DNA of 64,000 nucleotides from Geosiphon pyriformis uo1 (taxonomy: Eukaryota; Fungi; Glomeromycota): NCBI GenBank assembly GCA_016748015.1, contig JAAOMT010000504.1:106781-170780 (forward strand), in the 5' to 3' direction. The notes under the pieces were generated by a model. The model was given only the letters and a program-made list of their open reading frames with translations. It was not told where the DNA came from and searched no databases. Of this stretch, positions 1 to 12,400 are shown one piece after another (position 1 is the first letter of the stretch; every line of letters starts with the position of its first letter). A program made the position numbers and the translations under genes.

Positions 1-47
1 CAAATGAGACAAATCTAAAACATCTCAACCCAAAAATATAACAAAAA

Positions 48-1424
48 ATGAATATACAAAAATACCAACAACTCCAATATTATATAGATATTCAACAGTT
101 TAAAGAGAAATTATCTCAAAAAGAACAAAAGAACATAAAACAACAATCAAAATATTTTATCAACCATTAAAATATACTTTATTAGAAGAACAAAAGAAAT
201 TCAGATCAACCAACCAAAGTAATTACAGAACCAGAGAAAGAAACAATATTATTCAATATGCATTCAGATCCAACAGCAGAACATTTTTACAAAAAAGCAA
301 CCATGAAAAGAACCAGAAAAAGATACTATTGGCCATCAATGTATCCAGACATCATCTAATATGTTCAAAATTGTGATGTTTGTCTGAAAAAAAAAGAAAT
401 AAAATCCAGTAAACTATTAAGACCAATCAAAGTGAAGCAACCCTTTAATTGCATTGGAATTGACTTAGTCGGACTATTAACAATCACCAGCAGAGACAAC
501 AGATATATTGCAGTAGTCATGGATTATCTTACTAAATAACCAGAAACAAAAGCCATTCAAAAAGCAGATGCAGAATCTATTGCCAAATTTGTTCATCAAG
601 ACTTGATTTGTCAATACAGATGTCCAAAAAAATTGTTATCTGATCAAAAAACTCACTTTGTGAATAGAACATTAACAAAACTGAGTCAAAGATTTGGAAT
701 AAAAAAACTATTATTATCACCATACCATCCATAAACAAATGGGTTAATTGAACAGTTCAACTAAACATTATGTAAAGCAATAGCCAAGATCAGCCAAAAA
801 AACCAGGATGAATAGGATTTGTTTATATTATCAGTATTATTTGCTTATCAGACAATAAAGCAAGACACTACACAAACAACACTATTTAAATTAGTATATG
901 GTAGAACAGTAATATTACCAGTTAAGATAGAAGTCAAAACATATCCAACAGAACTAATAACAGAAGAAAATTTTCAAAAAACATTGTTGAGAAGAACATA
1001 TGACTTAATAGAAACACTAGAAAACATATGGCAAAAAGCAGCTAATAACATCCAAAAGTTACAAGAAAAACAAAAAGAAAGACATGATAACCAACTATCA
1101 GAGAAACCAGTTAAATTCAAGATTGAAAACAAAGTACTTTTACATTATACCAAAGCGGAAAAACAATGGAGTGGAAAATTCGACCCCAAATGAAATGGAC
1201 CATTTCACATAGAAAAAATTTTAGGAAATAGAGCTTATAAATTAAGGTGAAACAACAAAATTTTAACCAAGGCAGCACATAGTGATCAACTGAAACAATA
1301 TTACCATAAAGCATTATCATCTACCAGTAATATTCCACAATTAGGAATACAGAGAATATTAATTAAACCAAATAAAATTCCACAAGATTTAGAACCAATT
1401 ATAATCATTGAACCAAACACATAA
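48..1424 (+). pseudogene. int: Integrase ORF of element A (decayed)
   Basis: ATG at 48 after RNase H stop at 16-18; includes track ORF 819..1193 (VLFAYQT...FKLVYGR); several stops. Confidence 0.9.
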
Positions 1425-1484
1425 AATCAAACAACCAAAAGAGTATATAAAGACATAATATATGCAACAAAAGACAGCAGAAAA

Positions 1485-2114
1485 ATGGAAATTATTGATG
1501 ACATTCACTTATTAGCACAACAATTCTTTTAATTAATCCAACAACAAGAGATGAAAATTACAATCAACCAACAAATTATCAGATACACATACACCAAAAA
1601 AAAACCATGAGATAAAATACAGAGAAAAACAAAAAACTTTGTTAACAAAATAATTACAAAAGTGAAATTGGCAATAGAAACACAACCAAAAGTCACCCAA
1701 TATCAAAAGTTGACTATGGAAACTTGGAATTGGTGGATACAACAATTTTCAAAAAACTTTTATTACTTTTATTTGGGACAATACTTGAACATTTAAGGCT
1801 TGTACACAGATAAAACAAAACAACTATTTAATACAACAATACTACAACAACTAGAACAATTTGTGAGAAAAAACAATTTGACTACACAAGCAAAAGTCAT
1901 TTATTGGCTATACACTGAATTTCAAGATCGACCAGAAATCTTACTCAATCCAGAAATGAACTTTATTACCATTAATCAAATGGGAAAAATGACCAACTCT
2001 CAATTTGAAGAATTACAGAACAAGATAGCATAAATAATTCTTGAAAAAAAAGTTCAAGAAATACTCAAAGACAAAGAATTAGAATTAGGAGATCTTAATA
2101 GAGCTCAATATTAA
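1485..2114 (+). pseudogene. ORF3 type 1 (~209 codons, unknown function, env position)
   Basis: One frame MEIIDDIHLLAQQ...DLNRAQY* with 4 internal stops; includes track ORF 1800..2033; GAGTATATAAAG at 1441-1452; homologues in B, C, D, G. Confidence 0.8.
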
Positions 2115-2128
2115 AAAGAAGGAAATAA

Positions 2129-2990
2129 TATTACTCATAAAATATAGAAGATATATTAGCATATAAATTAGCCAATCAAAAGTAGCCATAGTAAATGTGA
2201 AATTCCAGGATTTCACTCAAAAAAATTACAGAATTTCAGGAATTTCAGGATTCTTGTACAAAGAATTGCAGGATTCCAGAATTTCAGGATTCCTCTCAAA
2301 GAAATTGCAGAATTTCAGAAATCCTAAAATTCCTGGTATGAAAAATTAAGGAATTGAGGAATCTTAATTATATATATATAGTGGTAATATTAGAAGTAAA
2401 AAAGAGAGACTAAACAGTTTAGATTTGATCTAAGCAATCTTCCAATTCACAAATATTAATAAATAATTATTTGATATTTCAATCCACTCTCCATTATCAA
2501 CACTTTATGTTGATAGTCTTGAATACTTAACTACACTAGAACAATAGCTCTTGATCACAGCTATTGACAGGATACTAACAATTATTGCCTTGGCTTATTT
2601 CTCTTATTTTTTTTTATTTTTTTTTTTTATTTTTTTTGTTTTACTAACTTGATTAAAAAGATTCACACACAGAGATACTAATGTCAGAATATAGCACTGT
2701 TAAAAAACCCATGAATATGAATAGACACTCAGAATTGAGGATATCTTACTAAAAAGATTACCAGCCATCATGCTAAGAAAAAAATTAACAAAACTGCAGT
2801 TTTGGGAAGCTATGGATAAAACAATTAATTAAATTTCTGTTCATTATGCAAAAAACTTCAAATCCAAATCTTCAGATTGATAAAACCTTCAAATAACTAA
2901 AACCTTCAGATATCAACATTATTATATCAATTAAGTACCAAGTTAAAGATTTGTTATTTGCTTTGAGACTTCAAATAATGATCTGTAATA
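2129..2990 (+). repeat. 3' LTR of element A (U3 type 1, GAATTCCAG-like repeats)
   Basis: TATTACTC start (decayed TGTTACTC), TGTAATA end, (TA)n TATA at ~2369-2380, AATAAA at ~2458, homologous to the other LTRs. Confidence 0.95.
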
Positions 2991-5542
2991 ACACAATGCC
3001 AAACTGCTCTAATAAAAGAACTAATTTGTAATACAAAGGCTGACCCAAGATACTAGACATTAGACATTTATCAGATCCATAAAAAGCACTAGGCAAACTG
3101 TTTGCCAAAAATAACTCATTTTCTAAAAATATTTTTATTACTCCAGCCAAAAAATTGTTCATCAGACTAACATGCAACCTGACAGAAAACTGTAAAAAAT
3201 TTAGAAAGAACTATCTCAGAACTTGCAAATCCAAAAATCTATGATCAAACAAATATCCAAAAATACTTTGGCCATTAGAAAATAAAATTAGCAAAGCCAA
3301 TTTCTTTTTTAATTGCACCTGTTTAAAAGATTTCAAACCATACAAGGATAGATGGTACAAAACTTCACTGAAAAAGTCACATGGTAAACCAGTCTTGGTT
3401 CTGAGATTCTTTCTAATTTTTACATCTTATTTACAACACACTTCTAAAGATACAAAACTAAACTGTATATAATAGCTAATTATGAACTGAAAGACTGCCG
3501 AAACCAAGTAGCAAAATTGTTTGTCTGTAATAGTTTTTCTCAACATCACATTAAAAAAAACCTAATATCTGTATGAACTTGAACCAAACTGGGCTTAAAA
3601 AGACTCTTAGTCAACAAAAAAATACCCAAATATTAGTGTAACTCACTTCTTTTAGCATTCAAAATTGGCAAATCATTGATCAATAGTGAAGTATTTTTGA
3701 CACCTTAATTGATAAAAATAGCCACCATCTTATCATTATTAATTGAAATGTTATTAATCTTAAAAAACTCACTTTCAATATTCAAAATATACTGTGTAGA
3801 AGCCTAATAACTTTTGACCCAAATTGTATTATTTACAAAGACACTAGCAGCCAAAAAAAAAGTCTTTCCTCTATCCACCTCAATCCTGCCAGACTTTGCT
3901 ACAAACTTAATGTCTATCCTATATTTATACAAGTATTCATATCTCTTTATCTTATATAAGAATAGATCATAAAAAATCCTCCAAAGAAATGGAAAAAAGA
4001 CTTTTTCTTGATCCAACTCATTATGTACTCTGTAAACTTTTGAGAGCCCAAAGTCTGTCATCACTCTGTTAATTTAATCCTCATGTGTGTTACCAAAAAA
4101 CTGAATAAATTACTTGCATATTTTGATGCAATACAGACTAGCTTTCAAATAATGCTATTCTACTAAGTTATAAGTTTTGTACATGTCTTATAACACCAAT
4201 CAAAGTTCTTTATTTTTTTCCAAGGCATCTTTAACAACAGATCCAATAACAAAAATAGGAGACTGAGTTGAAATGTCTTTTAGTATTGAAAAATTATTAT
4301 CATAAAGAACACCAAATTTGCTACAAACTAAAGATATCTGATCAAAAAAAATTTTAGATAAAATTTTATGTGCTGTATCAACTAATGCAATAGATCTAAT
4401 ATTTATCAAAACACTATTCTATTCATATGGTTTTGGGATCATTGAGACTCATGCTCTTTTTTAGAGAGTTAGAACTGCACTTAGACTTAAACACAAATTC
4501 AACAGCCTTAAAAGACATGCCAACATTTTCTCACTACAGTGTTTTCAAAGTTCATTAGGCATTCTTGACAGCTTAGCTGCTTTATTATTTGGCAAATTAT
4601 CAACAACCAAAGACAACTCTTCCATATTAATTTTTATTATCACACCAAAGAAAGCATCATTTTTCACATAATTCAGAGACATATATTGTCAAGCCCAAAG
4701 ATCAGGCATTTTTGTAAGCACAGATCACTTTCTTGTCTATTTTTTTATAATTTCATCAATCTTGAACTTAATCTTATCAGGTTTAACTACCAGCTTATTA
4801 TCTATTACCAAATGATCTAAAACAACTTTGTAAAATAAACACTCCAAAATGCTTTTAATCATTCATTTTTTATCTAAACAGAAATTTTCTATATAACAGT
4901 CAATTGCTTTTCTGATAGTTGTATCTTCAGTAATCTTAGACTCACAGTACTTAAATTTCCAATATTTTTTTTTTACCACTAATAAATGCTTAACCATATC
5001 CACCAAACTTGCACTATTCAAAACCAGGTTAGAAACTTCGAATGCTTCAACTTTATCAATAGTTGACCAGATTTTAATAAGACAGTTAAAGTTTAGAAGA
5101 TCTCCAGAAATCCAACATTTCACAATTTTTACAATAAACAGCTCCAATTTATAGAATTTTGAAGATTGTTTGTTCTTTAAACAATTGTACTCACTATACC
5201 AAATCTTTAAAAACACTGCATTAATAGCCTGTAACATAACTTCTTCCAGCAGTTTCCATATTGTGTCCAAGTTATTAACATTTTTAGCATTTTTAATCAT
5301 GTTAAATTTAATCAGCAAATCAGTAGAAGATTGTTTCTTGAAATTCAACCACTAACTGTTATCTGCATCCCCCAACTTGAATTTTCACTGGTTTTGGTTG
5401 ATCTGTTTACAAGCACTAAAAAGACAAGCATCCAGAAGCCTACCCAAACCAATCAAAACTGAAACTAATTTATAATCTGTATCAAAAAATCCCAACATAT
5501 TATTGATTTTATGTGATGTAATTGCAGACACTAGATTCTCAC
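2991..5542 (-). mobile_element. LINE-1 ORF2, middle segment (endonuclease C-terminus, RT), between Gypsy A and B
   Basis: Minus-strand RT remnants: IRSIALVDTAHKILSKI, LDQEKVFFPFLWRIFYD (QG-SP region), ASVFVNNTIW (FVDD); APE C-terminal FDTDY (TDH-like). Confidence 0.92.
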
Positions 5543-6393
5543 TGTTACTCATAAAAAGAAAACAAATATAGTAAACCAATAGGAGAGTAGTAGTTAGCAT
5601 GTGAGCACATTGCTTAGCAATGTAGAGCAATGTCAAAAGTTATGGTACATTGCTCAACAATGTGAAGCAATGTTAGAAAATTAGGGCACATTGCTCAAGA
5701 AATCATAGCACATTGCTTAGAAATATGAGCAATCTCATAGAATATTAATTATATATATATAGTAGTAGCATTAGAAAAAAAAAAGACAGATCTCTTAGAT
5801 TAGATTTAATTTAAGCAACCTTTCCATCCACAAATATTAATAAATAATTATTCACTATTTTAATCTATTCTCCACTATTAACACTTCATGTTAATAGTTA
5901 TTGATACATAAATCACACTAGAATAATAACTTTTAATCATGGCTATTGACAAGATACTAGCTTGCAAATTGCTTTGGCTTATTCTTCTTTATATTTTTTT
6001 TTATCTCTTTTATCTTTTTTTCTTTTCCTTGGTTTTGTGTTTACTAATTGATTGAAAATTAAAGTGCTGAATTATTGACATCAAGGATAGCCTGGTAAAA
6101 GACCCAGAAATAAGAGTAAAAATATAGATATATTAACAGAAAGCTTACCAGAAGAACATGACTGCCAGAATAAATCCAGCTGTCAAGCTGAGAAAAAAAT
6201 TGGGCATAATTGCACATCAAAAAAATTACTACAATCACCACTAAATCTCTGTTCATTATAAAAAAAACTCAACCAAAACTTTCAGATAATATTAATAAAC
6301 CAATATTATTAACATTATCCACCATATTAATTACTGAGCACCAAGTTACAGATTTGTTATTTGATTTGAGACTCCAAATAAACATTTGTAACA
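5543..6393 (+). repeat. 5' LTR of B (U3 type 2, CATTGCT-N-AGCAATG palindromes)
   Basis: TGTTACTC...TGTAACA; collinear with 14718-15566. Confidence 0.96.
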
Positions 6394-6395
6394 TT

Positions 6396-6413
6396 TGGTG
6401 CTCTTTGTGGGGT
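6396..6413 (+). promoter_or_regulatory. Primer-binding site of B
   Basis: TGGTGCTCTTTGTGGGGT 2 nt after the LTR; TGG pairs with tRNA CCA; equivalents at 31003-31020 and 54898-54915. Confidence 0.85.
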
Positions 6414-9400
6414 ATAATTTTACAGAGAACCAACACCAACAACAATTATCCAAAAGTGACAAAATCAAAAATAATAAAGACAAACCACTTAAGATTTACT
6501 AAATCTTTGTTTCAACAATATAATCAACAGTTGGACTTAACCAACAACTATTATCCAGCAGAATCAGTCTTTAACTTTTATGTTAACAAGAGAATCACAA
6601 ATTTTCTTAGAAGACCAATCAACATTGAATTAGCAAGAGAAAATTTCTATACAGAATTAATCTAACATACCAATTTATCACAAAATTATAGTTTTGCACC
6701 AATCATTAAAAAAACCAACCAAGAAATTGAAAGATACACTCAACAACAATTCCTCATTATTTATGCAGATAAGAGTAAAGGAAAGCTACAAACACCAGCA
6801 GTAATTCCAAAAGGAATACAATTACCAATGTAGAAAAAGCAAAGAATTTAATCTTTACTATATCCATCATATCATCATATGTCTGGAAGTATTATCAACA
6901 TTTTATCAACAGGCATGTTCACATCAAATGCAACATCAGCATTTGGATGACTACCATTTTAAAGTAAACAAAAAAAAACAGAATTATTAAGAACCTACAG
7001 TGATTACTTTGAAGGATTTAAATTGCAATTGCCAATAGCATCAGGATTTTGATCACCACTATCTCACCCAGATTTCAGAACTGCAAGTTCTTGGGAGATA
7101 ACGGCATCAGAAAAAAAAAAAAAGAGAATCAAGAATTTAATTATCAAAATCTGATTGTAAAAAACTCGAAAGTTGAAGCTGAATATTCAAACCTAACAAA
7201 CTCTGAACAATCCAAATCCTGAGTTAATTAATCAGCCAAACTTATCTCCAGTAATTGTTATTAATCAACAACAAATTAATCCAATTGCTGAACAACTTCA
7301 ACAGCCACCAATATCACCTCAATTACTATCTTTTTAACCACTACAACAACCAAACTTGGATTCAATAGTCTACGCCCCAATAGCAAAACTTGAGAAATTC
7401 ACAGGTGAAAAGAATGATGCACAAGTGTGGCTGAGTAATATGGAAAAAGCCATCATAGCCAATAGATGGAATAATACCAAGGCCATGCAAACCATTCCAT
7501 ATTTCTTTCAGGATATTACCAACTCATGATATCAAAGCTTGGCTAACAAACCTTAAGATTTCAATGCATTTAAGCTTGCATTCCTGCAATATTTCAGCAA
7601 TAATAATAGCATTAACTGATTGGCCAACACTTTCACTACCATCAAGCAAGAAAAAAATGAAGCAGTTACTACTTACTTAGGACACTTTTACAGAAATCTG
7701 TACCAAATTCAGGCCATACAGGCTGATTATTTTACAGCACCACAAATCCTAAACCAATTCATTAGAGGCCTGTGCAGTAGTATCTTTCAACGTGTATTCC
7801 CATTGTATCTTGCAGACTTCCAAGCCACTGTTAAAAATGCCAGAGATTTTGAAGCTGCTAAACTTGAAGCTAATTATGCCCAAGCCATAAATCTAGTAAT
7901 GAACAGATCATTTGACTTGGATTCCAAATTAAAACAATTCAGTGAATCAATCAATCAGAAATTAGAAAAATACTTAGCTAACAACAATCAGGCAATTTAT
8001 CAACCTCCTCAATAATACAATAATCATGAAAACTTCAATAATTTTTAAAATTTATTGCATCTATTATTGTTAACAAATCAACAGTGACAACAGGAAATAT
8101 GTGTTTGCCACTATTGTGGTAAACAAAAACACCTACAGATTGACTGCTGTTATCAATTAAATAACCAATAATTGGGAAATCAATATCAAAACCCTAATCA
8201 CCAGTTTCAAACTTCGAGTTATCAATTCAACTCAGCACCATATCAACTGAATTACATACCTATGATTCAGCAGCCAATCTATTAATCATCAATTTATCAG
8301 CCTTCAATAACTGTAGTTTATTAACAGCAGTCACAACCTATCTATTAGCCACAGCCCCAAGTAATCTATCAACCCTAACAAATTCTAACACCATCATCAA
8401 ACTCAGCTCCAATGACATCAGGGAATTTCAGATTAAGGGTTATCCAAAACTGGAGATTGGCAATGATTGTTCATCAACCAATTCCCAGTTTATTTATCCA
8501 GTCAAGATTACATCAGCAGAGTTCAGGAACTGAGTATACCCAAAATCCAAGTTCCCAGAATTATTTAAGTCTCTTGGTAACTTCAGAAAATGCTTTATTC
8601 AACAACATAGAAAAACAACCACCTACTAGCAACATATCTCTAGCCATCATTACCAATAACAAATCACTAGCAGCAATCTTTCCATTCAAACTCGAGGAAC
8701 TCTTATCCATGCCATTGTTTAATGAAGCCGTGCTTGAAGAAAAACCAATTACTGCCATATATACTAATGCTAAAGTTGATGGCTATTTCATCAAACTCAT
8801 ATTAGATAGCAAGTCAGCAGACAACATTATCACATGACAACTCATAAACCAATTAGGTTGCCAAGTTGATTATGCTGCTAGCACCAGAATTATAACAGCT
8901 GATAGAACGACCAAAACTCCAATTGGCAAGATTGATGATTTTCCCATAAAAGTCAATGGCATTATTGTACTCATTAAAGTATTAATTATGAAAGCCACTC
9001 AGTACCAAGCACTTGTTGGTAAAGACTGGTTGTCCAAAACCAATACAATGCTTGATTGGAACACACAAAAGCTTCAATTTAGCCAAAACAGTTAACACAC
9101 ACAGATACCAGCCATGTGTGGTCATTTCAAATCCATCACCATGCCATTAGCACTCTTTATCAAGTTTGACAATAAAGAAAAAAAACCTACCTGAGAAGTC
9201 TATTAAGTCTTCTGGACCAACATTGACCACAACAAATTACCACCAATACCATTATAAAACAACAAAAAAAAGAAAAGAAGAGAAGAAAAACCTACTTAGA
9301 AAACCAACCAAAGTTATTGGAATAATGATAACAGTACTGAGCTGACACCAACTTAGAAGTAAGGAGAAAATAACAAGAGAAAAGGGAAAGAGAAAGAAAA

Positions 9401-12400
9401 AAAACTAATACCAACTACCACTACTGTCTATATCCCATACACCTATATTCCACTACAACCATCCAACTACCATTGACCAAAACTGGTATGCATTGATTGT
9501 GACAAGAAATTTTCATCAATGGGCACATGCTGTGGTGATGATGAAGAATATTCTATAGCAACCAAATTCTACTGCTGCTCTTGTGTTCTAGAATGTTTTG
9601 GATGACCAAAATAGCAAGAAAAATGGAACAACAAATCTTGACTTGCTTGTGGAAAAACTCTATTAGATGAAGAAATGTGGAATGACATTTTTGGATGAGA
9701 AGAAACATGCAATAAATTGTGTCAATACACAATCCTAATAAGTGACTGGGTAAGAAAAAAGACACCAATAAAAGCAGTATGAAGGAAAGCAGTAAAACAA
9801 TTAGATAGATGTTCACATGACAATGATAAAATCTGGTAAATGGCACTTGCAAAAATTGAAGAAACATCACTAGAAGAAATAAGAATAATCAAAAACAACT
9901 CACTAAAACTCATAGAACTTGACTGGGGCCCAAACTCAGATATTATCCTAAAGCCTATGAATCCAAAACAATTTCACAAGCACTACCAAAAATTAGCACC
10001 CACTTGAAAAGAACAAGAGCAATGGTTGGAAAAAATAAATACCTGACTATGTGACCACTGTTTAATTCCATATGACTTTAAGTATTGTAATGAGTATGAC
10101 CTTATTTACAATTTACCATCATGCATAATTTACACAATTCTAGAGGAAGATAAACCAATCAGCAGCTGTGCATCAGAATTGGAGTCAATTTTCAATTCTG
10201 ATTCAAATTCCAACAATGATAATAATAAAAACAACAGTTCTAGCTCTACTCAATATGACAACAAAAAATATAACAATTTGGACTTCAATTTAAACCCCAA
10301 AACATACATTACACTTTCTGATCTCTCCAAAGAACAGGAACTCAAATGGTTCAATGACAACAATAAAGATATTATGCCAGAATGTGTGCATGATACTAAT
10401 GCCAGATTTGATCTGAAATATCCAAGGAAGGATGCCATTAAATTGAAACCACATTCACACACTTGCATTGATCTTAAAGTAGCACTAGAAATTTTAGCAA
10501 CAACAATAGTTCAACTAGCATCTAAAAGTAGTTTAGTGAAAAAAAGAATCAACATCAGAAGAGAAATAATTAACACAGAATATATAGAAAATATCATTAC
10601 AATGTTACAAAACGACTTAGAAAAGGCCTACATCATAGAGCCAAACAAAAAAATAGCATAAACAATATTCTTGTTTTTGGTTAAAATAGCTCAATTAGTA
10701 TTAGTAAGAAGCAGAAAAAAATTAGAAATTACAGCTAGAGAAATACAGGATTTCAGATCCACAGGTAGAATAGATGTACCAATTAATATGGCAGAGGAAA
10801 AAATTATTGACAAGGAAAAAATTATCTTCATCTGTTAATCAATTTCTATTCCATCATATAATCAGTACATGGTAGTCATAGAAAGAAAAGTAAAGGATCA
10901 AGTTCAAATTTTTGAAACAGAAGCAACACTTTGTGAATCAGAAAAGATTGGATTAGTCAATTTATACATACCAGCCAAGAACCACAGGTACATTAAAATT
11001 CCTATTTACAACAACACGGAAGATACCATTGAGATACCAGAAGGAACTACCATTGGATATTTAACCACCAAAATTAAAAACCAACTGCCAAACACTATTT
11101 CAGACTTTTCACAACTGTGTGAATATGTAGATATTATATCTCAAACAATATACAGACAAGAAAAATGTTATCTGCTTTAACCAGAACAATTGGAACAAAT
11201 AAACTTGGGAAATCTAGACCCACTACAATGTATATAGCTTAAGATGTTACTCAACAACTTCAACAACATTTTTGCTAATGAAAACAAATTCAGCAGAACT
11301 GACATTATTCAATATTAGATAAAAACTGAAGATACAATGCCAATTAAGCAAAAAGCATACAGAATACCACTAGCCAGCCATGAAATTATTTATCAAGAAA
11401 TCAATTGAATACTTAACAATGAGCTAATTCAGCCATCAATAAGTCCATAGTTATTATCAGTGGTACTAGTCCATAAAAAAAATGGAAAAATTCACTTTTG
11501 TGTGAATTACCAAAAACTGAATAAAGTAACAAAGAGAAATAGTTACTCAACACCAAAAATACAAGAGCTGTTCAATGCTTTTGGAGAAAAGAAATAGTTC
11601 TCAACTTTAAACTTAGACAGTGGTTACTGGCAAATAGCCATGAAACCAGAAAATAAAGAGAAAACAGCTTTTACAACTAGAGAAAAAATTTTGAATTTGA
11701 AGTAATACTATTTGGCTTAATAAATACTTCAGTCATATTTTAATGACTCATAGAAATTGTCTATATAAGACTGCTATGGAAATCAGTAATCATATATCTG
11801 GATAACACTAATGTGTTTTTAAAAACATTTGATGATCATTTACATTATTTCTAATAAGTATTCGAAAGACTAAAAAAAGCTGGATTGAAGCTAAATGCCA
11901 CCAAATGCTTTTTCAGAAAAACAGAGCTAAAATTCTTGGGACATGTTGTAAGCAAAGACAAAATTAAGATAGATCCAGACAAAATTGAGATAGTTAAGAA
12001 CTTTCTAGTACCCACCAACTTGACAGAACTACAAGCATTTTTGAGATTTGCTGGATACTACTGCTACTTTATTAAAGACTTTTCCAAAATAGCTCAACCA
12101 CTATACCAACTCCAAACAAAAAACACTAAATACGAATGGACTAAAACCCAGCAAAAAGCTTTTAATAAATTACAAAGAAAGCTTATTCAAGCTCCAGTAC
12201 TGATTTATTCAGATCATAGTAAACCATTCTTAATCACAACTAATACATTGAGTTAAACATTTGGAGCAGTACTATCTCAGAAAGAACCAAATAGACAAGA
12301 ACATCCAGTAGTTTATGCTAGCAGAAGCTTAAGTCCAGCTGAGAAAAATTATGGAATGCTAGCACTAAAACACTTGGCTATCTATTGGACTATCATCAAA

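Larger units (their letters stand above)
1..2990 (+). mobile_element. Ty3/Gypsy element A, 3' part (RNase H end, integrase, ORF3, 3' LTR); 5' part lies outside the window
   Basis: Decayed integrase (HHCC-type region, GIDLVG, LSDQ, ERFN, W-GPF-I), PPT 2113-2128, LTR 2129-2990 ending TGTAATA and abutting minus-strand LINE ORF2. Confidence 0.95.

Noticed and set aside
1485-2114. Env gene
   Set aside because: Too short, with no evident signal peptide, transmembrane helix or furin site
2195-2365. CRISPR-like or satellite array in the LTR repeats
   Set aside because: Short degenerate tandem units without unique spacers, inside LTR U3 of a eukaryotic element
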